IMG/VR virus record: IMGVR_UViG_3300045988_181040
Coordinates: 1 to 41,069 of that record
Reading direction: 5' to 3' (one strand)
DNA from: a virus
Length of the DNA: 41,069 bases
Positions 9,578 to 16,089 of this stretch are shown in pieces. The notes below the pieces were generated by a model. That model was not told the DNA's origin. It searched no databases and saw only the letters and a program-made list of their open reading frames with translations. A program made the position numbers and the translations under genes. Numbering within the stretch: the first letter of the stretch is position 1; each line of letters begins with the position of its first letter.

Positions 9578-9787
9578 TTATTCAGTTTCTTCTATATATT
9601 CCAATATATCTCCTGGCTGACAATTTAACAATTTGCATATAGTATTCAACGTTTCTTTACTTGCTATTTCACCAGTTCTTATTTTTTGTAACTGTGATTC
9701 TCCAATCAGTTTTTCTTTTCTTATTTTATATGAAGTATATCCTTTTTCTTTTAAAGATTCCAATATATCAATTTTATATTTCAACAT
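9578..9787 (-). CDS. Small HTH (XRE/Cro-like) regulator
   Basis: 69 aa. YKIRKEKLIGESQLQKIRTGEIASKETLNTICKLLNCQPGDILEY is typical of short HTH_26-like regulators. Operator repeats flank the gene on both sides. Confidence 0.8.
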   Translation of the reverse strand: MLKYKIDILESLKEKGYTSYKIRKEKLIGESQLQKIRTGEIASKETLNTICKLLNCQPGDILEYIEETE

Positions 9788-9825
9788 GATGAACCCTCCC
9801 TTTTAAATAAAGTATATCATATGTA

Positions 9826-9958
9826 ATACACTCATAGCAAGTGTTTATAAAAAAGTATATCACAGAACATACACCTATTAAAAGTGTATAATATACACAA
9901 AAAACAGGTGCATACTTTGTGTATAATGTCAATTTACATACACCTGAAATAAGTGTAC
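9826..9958. promoter_or_regulatory. Operator sites 3-6 of the ATACAC-N9-GTGYAY array
   Basis: Sites at 9826-9846, 9869-9889, 9893-9913 and 9938-9958. An orphan GTGTAT half-site lies at 9919-9924. Confidence 0.6.
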
Positions 9959-9961
9959 AAT
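9933..9961 (+). promoter_or_regulatory. Promoter TTTACA-17-TACAAT, with operator site 6 covering the spacer and overlapping the -35 and -10 boxes
   Basis: -35 at 9933-9938 and -10 at 9956-9961. It points into the 10131 rightward operon. Confidence 0.55.
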
Positions 9962-10130
9962 ACAATCACAAGGTCAAACAAAACAGACCTACAAAACAAC
10001 CGAGACAGCCGAAAGCACTCATAAGCTTTAAGCCATATACCTGTGATCGGTCGGAATGATGCGGAAATAGTCAGGAAGATGCTTAAAGGGTTGTAACAAC
10101 AAATAAATCATAAGAAGAGGAGAAGCAATT

Positions 10131-10412
10131 ATGTGTATCACAAAAACAGAATTAGAACAGAAAGTGCAGGAATTGAGAAGCCTGAAAGCTATGAAAGAAG
10201 AACTTGAAAATGAAGTAAAAGCAGTTGAGTATGAAGTTATCTTGTATATGACGGAGCATAATCTGGATTCGGAAATCACTGACAGTGCAAAAATCACCTA
10301 TAAAGCACAGAGCAGAACTACACTGGATAAGGATAAGTTAAAGGATATCTTAGGAGACGATTTGAAGCCTTTTGAAAGAACAACGAGTTACAACGTGTTA
10401 CGAATCAGATAA
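10131..10412 (+). CDS. Hypothetical coiled-coil protein
   Basis: 93 aa with RBS agaagaggag. No confident family assignment. Confidence 0.65.
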   Translation: MCITKTELEQKVQELRSLKAMKEELENEVKAVEYEVILYMTEHNLDSEITDSAKITYKAQSRTTLDKDKLKDILGDDLKPFERTTSYNVLRIR

Positions 10413-10458
10413 TTCAAAAGCTGTCCTATCGGCATGACGGGGAGAAAGAAGAATAGAT

Positions 10459-10626
10459 ATGGATATCGGATATACATATTTTGAAGAGGAACGCCCTATT
10501 ACTCTGACAAGAGAAGAGTGGCTGAAATGGTTTGAAAAATATGGTGACAAAGAAAATTTTACTGATGCAAAATCATGGTTTTCTGAAATGCTTAAAATGC
10601 AGATTTTTGTAAGAGAGGAAGGGTAG
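10459..10626 (+). CDS. Small hypothetical protein (55 aa), absent from the ORF track
   Basis: Hand translation: MDIGYTYFEEERPITLTREEWLKWFEKYGDKENFTDAKSWFSEMLKMQIFVREEG. It fills an otherwise empty gap in a tightly packed operon and has a purine-rich upstream region. Confidence 0.5.
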   Translation: MDIGYTYFEEERPITLTREEWLKWFEKYGDKENFTDAKSWFSEMLKMQIFVREEG

Positions 10627-10631
10627 CAGTG

Positions 10632-10832
10632 ATGAATTTTTATGATACATGTCAGCTTGACTTAATTAATATTGAGCCGGAGAGACGGATTGAATTGATT
10701 CCAGTGGATCACAAGAGAAAACAGAAGAGACATACACAACAATCAGAGAGGTTCCCATCCTTTAAACTTGGACTATGTGCAGTAGGATTCTTTGTAGGGA
10801 TGTTTCTGTATTACATAGCAGTAGGTTATTAA
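10632..10832 (+). CDS. Small membrane protein
   Basis: C-terminal TM segment LGLCAVGFFVGMFLYYIAVGY. RBS gagaggaaggg lies upstream. Confidence 0.55.
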   Translation: MNFYDTCQLDLINIEPERRIELIPVDHKRKQKRHTQQSERFPSFKLGLCAVGFFVGMFLYYIAVGY

Positions 10833-10871
10833 AAGTATCTTTGCATGAAAGATAATAGAAGAGGAATAAGT

Positions 10872-11027
10872 ATGAAAAGGCAAGAAGTTGAATTTGCAGT
10901 GAAAACAGATGAACATAAGAGAGTGCAGTCTATCGGTAAAAGTGTCATCATACAGCCTAAAATCTGCTTTAATGAATCCAAAGGACGCACTAAGTGGTTT
11001 GATGATACAAAATTATTAAGAAAGTAA
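10872..11027 (+). CDS. Small hypothetical protein
   Basis: The internal ATG 10872 follows agaagagga. The track start at 10845 has no RBS. Confidence 0.4.
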   Translation: MKRQEVEFAVKTDEHKRVQSIGKSVIIQPKICFNESKGRTKWFDDTKLLRK

Positions 11028-11062
11028 TACACGTATAATAGGGAAAGAAGAGATACAAAGTT

Positions 11063-11497
11063 ATGATGAAATGGAAAGCAAGAACAGAAACAACAAATAT
11101 TGGAATATTAGAGTTAGGAAACATTGTGTTTGATGAAGATTATATGGAAGTGTCTATTGATATTTGTTCTATGTCCGATGAATTGAAGAGAGAAGTTGAG
11201 AAAGCAATCGAAATCGCAAAGGTAAACCGCACCAAAGAAATTGAAAAGCTCAATCTGGAGAATGGGTACAATAGACCTTCTGCCTGGAGTGACAAACCTG
11301 TAAATATTGATTTTACATATTTGAGAGTTGTTATACAGGCAAATGAACCAATTAGAACATCTATTGAAATTGGCTTTACGGATGCGGAAAATGAAATGCT
11401 AGAACAGTTTGACTGTAGCGTTGTTGTCGATTTGTCAGGCTATGCGGAGGAACTGAAAAAGGCAATCATAAAGGTTCTGGTTGACAAGTTCTTTTAG
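11063..11497 (+). CDS. Hypothetical protein
   Basis: 144-aa ORF in operon context. Confidence 0.6.
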   Translation: MMKWKARTETTNIGILELGNIVFDEDYMEVSIDICSMSDELKREVEKAIEIAKVNRTKEIEKLNLENGYNRPSAWSDKPVNIDFTYLRVVIQANEPIRTSIEIGFTDAENEMLEQFDCSVVVDLSGYAEELKKAIIKVLVDKFF

Positions 11498-11516
11498 AGA
11501 GAGGAGGCGTGTGTAT

Positions 11517-11999
11517 ATGACGATGGAAATGCGTGTTGATAAAATCCTAATTCCGAATCGGTACACACGTACACCGCCAAAAGAGTCAAAGGTGGAAAAT
11601 CATGTAGTGTATTACATAAGGCACAGACAATTCAAAAAACAGATCGTTGTCACACAAAATGGATGGTTAGTTGATGGACTCTGTGATTATATTGTGGCGG
11701 TTATGTGTGGGATGGAAACGGTAGTATGTGAAGTCAATCAACAAAGGATATCACATGAAAAGCAATGTAAAAGGATTGCAACAGCGTCTAAACGTGGAAA
11801 GCGGAAAATCTTATATCAGAGGCAAGATGGAAAATGTGCAATCTGTGGCAGAAGATTACAAATTGATGATTATACAAGTATGGAAAATTATCTGACAATT
11901 GATCATATTTTTCCACTGTCCAGAGGTGGAGTCAATACGATTGATAATTTGCAGGGACTATGTAGAAACTGCAACAGCATTAAAAGTGATATTATTTAG
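11517..11999 (+). CDS. ParB-N (Srx-like) domain fused to an HNH endonuclease
   Basis: VDKILIPNRY...VVTQNGWLVDGLCDYIVA resembles the ParB N-terminal domain. CAICGRRL..LTIDHIFPLSRGG..DNLQGLCRNCNSIKSD is the HNH motif. ATG 11517 follows gagaggagg. Confidence 0.8.
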   Translation: MTMEMRVDKILIPNRYTRTPPKESKVENHVVYYIRHRQFKKQIVVTQNGWLVDGLCDYIVAVMCGMETVVCEVNQQRISHEKQCKRIATASKRGKRKILYQRQDGKCAICGRRLQIDDYTSMENYLTIDHIFPLSRGGVNTIDNLQGLCRNCNSIKSDII

Positions 12000-12016
12000 A
12001 GGAAAGAGGTAAGAAT

Positions 12017-12316
12017 ATGAAAACAGTAACAGTAAAAGCATTTGTAGAAGCAGTAACAGGAAATTTTGTCAGCGTGGAAAGCACAGATAATTACGGAATC
12101 AGTTTAGATATTCCGTGCGCAAAGGTGGAATATGAACCGGAATTTGATGAACTTGTATTTATGGCTGTAGATAGAGAAACAGGAAAGAGTACAAGCCGTA
12201 CTACATATTCTGTCGGAGAATGTGTGATGGAAATTTTTTACAATGATAAATATCATGAGTATATGATTGAGTTTGTAGGAAAAGCGCCGGATATGATTGT
12301 CAAGAAAATTGGATAG
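12017..12316 (+). CDS. Hypothetical protein
   Basis: 99-aa ORF with RBS aggaaagagg. An 18-bp perfect palindrome follows at 12334-12351. Confidence 0.6.
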   Translation: MKTVTVKAFVEAVTGNFVSVESTDNYGISLDIPCAKVEYEPEFDELVFMAVDRETGKSTSRTTYSVGECVMEIFYNDKYHEYMIEFVGKAPDMIVKKIG

Positions 12317-12406
12317 CAAGATTCTATTTAGTGCCAGTAAAATTTTACTGGTGTTGAGTAGATAAAAATAGTAAACTAAAAGTATAAAAATGCGGAGGAA
12401 AATATT

Positions 12407-12757
12407 ATGTTGATGTATCGACCATGTAGGGAAACATATGAAGAATCATTAAAAGATGTGGCAATGTTTGAATCAGTGGAAACAATGTTTTATCAAATAT
12501 ACGAAGGTGATGAATTCAGTGTGCGTGAAGTTATCTCTAAGTCGATTTTGAGCCTTGGAGATCCGATAGGTGACGATGATCAAATCGGATGGAAGGATGT
12601 TAAGCCAGTGTTTTTGAACTTGCCAGGTGAAGAGCAAAAGTGTATTGGATATTGCACAATGGAGGTTGACAGAGAATTTATATTGAGAGAACTTGCCAAA
12701 ACAGAATGTTGGAGAATTACAGACATGGACATAATTAGGGGGATAAAGAAAGTCTGA
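12407..12757 (+). CDS. Hypothetical protein
   Basis: 116-aa ORF with RBS gcggagga. Confidence 0.6.
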   Translation: MLMYRPCRETYEESLKDVAMFESVETMFYQIYEGDEFSVREVISKSILSLGDPIGDDDQIGWKDVKPVFLNLPGEEQKCIGYCTMEVDREFILRELAKTECWRITDMDIIRGIKKV

Positions 12758-12793
12758 TTGACCTAATAAAACGTTATGGCAGCAGGAGCATTC

Positions 12794-12822
12794 TTGACAA
12801 AAAAGTCAGAGAAAGATATTAT
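12794..12822 (+). promoter_or_regulatory. Promoter-like TTGACA-17-TATTAT in a 550-nt stretch with no convincing gene
   Basis: -35 at 12794-12799 and -10 at 12817-12822. A GNRA-capped hairpin followed by TTTAT lies about 50 nt downstream (12872-12900). Confidence 0.4.
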
Positions 12823-13310
12823 GAGACAGGTGATACAACTACCTTTAAAGTGTTGTGATTTATTTGTTGGTGGACTGTGCAGAAATGTACAGTCCTTTAT
12901 CATATGCGGAGTTCGGACAAATGTAGAGTTTATACGAATCCCTAGTAAAAAAGTAGGGTATAAAATGTAGAAAAATGAGTGTCGGTGAGTTGTTCGGTGA
13001 GAGAGTTGGTATTATAAAGGATATTCTTATAAATGATAATAATTCTCGTTTAAAGAGGCTGAATATAGAAGGTTCAGCGGAAAACGTAGATTCTACAAGG
13101 AAATCAATTGGTTTCATAATGTGAAACTATTTGCTGTTCGGAAGGAAATTTCAGAAGCGTGATGTGAATGGATATACAATATATAGCGTTTAAATGCAAA
13201 TAAAATACAATATACAGATATGTTGTTATACACAGCATTATAATATCAAAATAAATCACCTAATATATAAAAATTGTGATATAATATGACTATATAAAGG
13301 AGGCGGTTAT

Positions 13311-13583
13311 ATGGAAACTATTGTAAGACCATCAGCGGATTTAAGAAATCATTACAACGAGATATCTCAAGAGTGTCATGAAAAGAGAACACCGATCATC
13401 ATTACAAAAAATGGAAAAGGTGATACGGTTGTTATGGGGTTACAAGACTATAATCAGATGCAGTCAGAATTGGAATTACTGCGTACCTTGGCAGAAGCGG
13501 AGGAAGATGCTGTCAATGGGCGAGTTGCACCAATCCAACAGACTTTTAATGACATACGCAATAGCCTGTTAGAGAGGAAATAG
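13311..13583 (+). CDS. Phd/YefM-family antitoxin
   Basis: SADLRNHYNEISQECHEKRTPIIITKNGKGDTVVMGLQDY is the typical Phd/YefM N-domain. It ends 2 nt before the toxin gene. Confidence 0.85.
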   Translation: METIVRPSADLRNHYNEISQECHEKRTPIIITKNGKGDTVVMGLQDYNQMQSELELLRTLAEAEEDAVNGRVAPIQQTFNDIRNSLLERK

Positions 13584-13585
13584 AA

Positions 13586-13897
13586 ATGGAATATCAAATT
13601 GTACGAACGGATAAAGCAGATGAGCAGTTAAGAGAAATCATTTTTTACATTGCAGATGATTCCGGCAGTGTGGAAATTGCACTTGAGTATTTGGATAAAA
13701 TCGAAAAGTCGATTATAAAATTATCCACATTTCCTTACTCCGGAAGTATCCCAAGATATTCCATCCTTAGAAAACAAGGATATAGGGTGCTGATCGTAGA
13801 ACGTCATCTGGTATTTTACAAAGTGAACGAAGAAAATAGAACAGTGATTATCTATGCTATTATTGACGGAAGGAGAGAGTACAGGAATTTAATATAA
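13586..13897 (+). CDS. RelE/ParE-family toxin (ParE-like)
   Basis: 103 aa. A..QLREI..YI...S...A..YLDKIEKSI..L..FPYSG pattern, with C-terminal ..V.IYAIIDGRR. Confidence 0.85.
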   Translation: MEYQIVRTDKADEQLREIIFYIADDSGSVEIALEYLDKIEKSIIKLSTFPYSGSIPRYSILRKQGYRVLIVERHLVFYKVNEENRTVIIYAIIDGRREYRNLI

Positions 13898-13931
13898 TAT
13901 GATATAATAGAGTAAGAAAGGATGTGATCAT

Positions 13932-14153
13932 ATGAGCAATCGTGAAGAAGCGAAACAGATTATTGACAAATTACCAGAATACAAAATTGAGAAAATTCTT
14001 TTATTTTTAAAAGGAGTAGAATTTGATGATGAAATGGAAGACGATGTTTTTTGCGAGAATATGGCGCAGAGGTATCTGAATGATGACAGCCCTGATAAAC
14101 ATGATACTATTACTATAGAGGAGTTTGCAAAGCAAGAAGGTATTGTATTATGA
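13932..14153 (+). CDS. Putative antitoxin of the second TA pair
   Basis: A 73-aa acidic protein. Its end overlaps the downstream RelE-like start by 4 nt (ATGA coupling). Confidence 0.65.
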   Translation: MSNREEAKQIIDKLPEYKIEKILLFLKGVEFDDEMEDDVFCENMAQRYLNDDSPDKHDTITIEEFAKQEGIVL

Positions 14154-14404
14154 GATATCAGATTGTTTTGGAAAAGCCGGCTCAAAAATTTCTGAAGCGT
14201 CTTAATCGGACAGACAAAGAGAGAATCCTTAGAGCAATTTATAAACTTCCTGAAGGTGAAAATATAAAACGTCTGAAAGGTCATCAAGATTTATTGAGGC
14301 TACGGGTAGGTGATTATAGAGTTATCTATACTGTAAATAATGGAAAATTAGTAGTGTGCGTGGTAGATATCGGAAATCGTGGAGATGTCTATAAGAGATA
14401 TTAA
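14150..14404 (+). CDS. RelE/StbE-family mRNA interferase toxin
   Basis: 84 aa. KPAQKFLKRL....RI...I..L......K.LKG....LRLRVGDYRVIY.V.......V..IG.RGDVYK is the canonical RelE/ParE pattern. Confidence 0.85.
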   Translation: MRYQIVLEKPAQKFLKRLNRTDKERILRAIYKLPEGENIKRLKGHQDLLRLRVGDYRVIYTVNNGKLVVCVVDIGNRGDVYKRY

Positions 14405-14412
14405 AAGAATAA

Positions 14413-14467
14413 ACGGCAGAGTCAGATCAATTACCAATTAGGTGAGAGAGTGACTGTGCCGTTTTTG
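14413..14467. terminator. Bidirectional terminator between convergent genes
   Basis: acggcagagtca (14413-14424) pairs with tgactgtgccgt (14451-14462) with one mismatch, followed by tttt. Confidence 0.55.
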
Positions 14468-14475
14468 CATAAAAT

Positions 14476-15156
14476 TTAATGGCTAGATAAATTATTTTCA
14501 TCTGGTAATAAAAAATTGTTTGTAAGAAAACTATCATGGATTATACCGCTCGATACTAAAATAGGTTCTATTTTTTTGATGATACCATGTATTTTGTAGT
14601 CAATAAAATATCGTGGTATTTTGCCAACTATTTTTTCAATAAATTTTGCTGATGTTGTACCTAATTTAGAAAGTTGTATATAACCATTCACATTTGTGTT
14701 GTTTATTGTGGACTGCTTAAAAGGAATATCTAATATTGCTTCTGGATCTTCTTTTAAATTTAAAGGGGCAATCAAAAAATAAGGATTTTCATCGGATGGT
14801 TTATTAGTCCTTCCTATTATTACACAAGGCTGGTTAATAGATGCTGCCTTAACAGTTCTTGTTACTTTAGATCGTGAACTTGTTCCTAGAGGATAGCATT
14901 GACAATTTACAATCGTTCCTATTTTTAATAAGTTTAATGGAATAGACGGATATGCGTCAGGAATATGAACAACGATGTTACTTATGCTACAGTTAAATTC
15001 AGTACAAATTTTTTCTATAATTGTTAAAGTAATAGGTTCATTTTTCCCGATTTTGGCAAGTGTTGCATTAGAAATGTCTACTCTCTGTGCAAATTCCATT
15101 TTTGATAAATGAATATCATTTAAAAATTGCCATAGTGGTTCATATGATAGTGCCAT
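14476..15156 (-). CDS. XRE-type HTH protein with a C-terminal domain resembling the MazF/PemK (SH3-like barrel) fold
   Basis: N-terminal LSKMEFAQRVDISNATLAKIGKNEPITLTIIEKIC is the HTH. C-terminal GTIVNCQCYPLG...NQPCVIIGR...FLIAPLN...GYIQLSKLGT...KIVGKIP parallels MazF blocks GDI.W.DF.P..G....RP.VV.S...V.P.T...D.QV..I...G. Confidence 0.6.
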   Translation of the reverse strand: MALSYEPLWQFLNDIHLSKMEFAQRVDISNATLAKIGKNEPITLTIIEKICTEFNCSISNIVVHIPDAYPSIPLNLLKIGTIVNCQCYPLGTSSRSKVTRTVKAASINQPCVIIGRTNKPSDENPYFLIAPLNLKEDPEAILDIPFKQSTINNTNVNGYIQLSKLGTTSAKFIEKIVGKIPRYFIDYKIHGIIKKIEPILVSSGIIHDSFLTNNFLLPDENNLSSH

Positions 15157-15238
15157 AACATACCTCCCTAATATGTGTCTAAGTTTAGCATCTATTTCTG
15201 TAAAAGTAAATATGTTTCTGCAAAAACGAAAAAATATA

Positions 15239-15267
15239 TTGACAAAAGAAGAACTAAGTCGTACAAT
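15239..15267 (+). promoter_or_regulatory. Consensus promoter P1, TTGACA-17-TACAAT
   Basis: -35 at 15239-15244 and -10 at 15262-15267. ACAGAAAT-type repeats flank it (15194-15201 reverse; 15280-15287 and 15299-15306 forward). Confidence 0.65.
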
Positions 15268-15352
15268 TGATTTATAAAAACAGAAATGAAATGAAAAAAC
15301 AGAAATAAGGAGCGTAACATATAATATAGAATATTTTTATGGAACACGAGAA

Positions 15353-15366
15353 AGAACATATGTTCT
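15353..15366. promoter_or_regulatory. LexA (Cheo/SOS) box 1
   Basis: AGAACATATGTTCT is a perfect GAAC-N4-GTTC palindrome. Compare the Bacillus/Clostridium consensus CGAACRNRYGTTYC. Confidence 0.7.
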
Positions 15367-15374
15367 GAAAAATG

Positions 15375-15403
15375 TTGACAAGAACAAATGTTCGTAGTAA
15401 TAT
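15375..15403 (+). promoter_or_regulatory. Consensus promoter P2, TTGACA-17-TAATAT, with LexA box 2 (15381-15394) filling the spacer
   Basis: -35 at 15375-15380 and -10 at 15398-15403. The box AGAACAAATGTTCG abuts the -35. Confidence 0.7.
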
Positions 15404-15828
15404 GACTATTGTAACATAAAAAGAGAAATCCAAATTCCATCAACGGTGCGCCAACACCTCCGGAATAAAGATTCCTCTTTCAAAACAAAGCATAGCGAAA
15501 CGCTACACATATTTATATAATACAGATTTATTTTAAGTAGTCAAGCGTTTCTGCAAAATTTCCAACTTAACAATTAAATGAGTGGAAGAATAATGAAATA
15601 TATGAGCGTTGTAATTCTACATATAGCGCATATGTTTAATTTTTGTACTCAAAAATGTACGTTGAAAATTGAATACAGTGCAGTTCCGGCAGCGGAGAAT
15701 ATATGATTAGGCAGCAGAGCCTATATATTTTTGCATACAAATGAACAGCAAATTTACTTAAATAATATCCTAGAAAACAGCTGGGTATTGTTTTGGTACA
15801 GAAAAATTACAGGGAGGAGCGGATATGA

Positions 15829-16089
15829 ATGGAATTGAACAGAACAGATTATATCATTTTGAAACTACTAAAGAAAAAGAAATGTACATCCTTTTTTGAA
15901 GGAATGACATTACAGGAAATTATGGATGTAACACAAACGACTCGTCCAACTACATATCGGAAGATGATGAATATGAAAGAAATGGGGTATGTAGAAAAGG
16001 GATGTAAGTCAATTCAGGCAGATACATTTTATCTACTTGATAAAGGAATCAATTTTATAGAAAGAAAAGGAGAGGTAGAGCATGATTAA
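15829..16089 (+). CDS. tubR: Winged-helix DNA-binding protein in the TubR position (centromere-binding adaptor candidate)
   Basis: 86 aa. ILKLLKKKK....GMTLQEIMDVTQTTRPTTYRKMMNMKEMGYVEK is a wHTH motif. Its end overlaps the tubulin-like gene by 8 nt. Confidence 0.65.
   Translation: MELNRTDYIILKLLKKKKCTSFFEGMTLQEIMDVTQTTRPTTYRKMMNMKEMGYVEKGCKSIQADTFYLLDKGINFIERKGEVEHD

Noticed and set aside
9774-9965. 63-aa minus-strand ORF upstream of the HTH gene.
   Set aside because: It is composed of the operator repeats (translation repeats VCxxxYT). It would overlap the HTH gene start and has no RBS.
12975-13124. 49-aa ORF (MSVGELFGERVGIIKDIL...) in the gene-poor stretch before the TA genes.
   Set aside because: It has no RBS and no recognisable motif. 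It may be a remnant.
15192-15443. 83-aa minus-strand ORF.
   Set aside because: It lies entirely over the two consensus + strand promoters and the LexA boxes. The peptide is Phe/Leu-rich, as expected from AT-rich antisense sequence, and it has no RBS.
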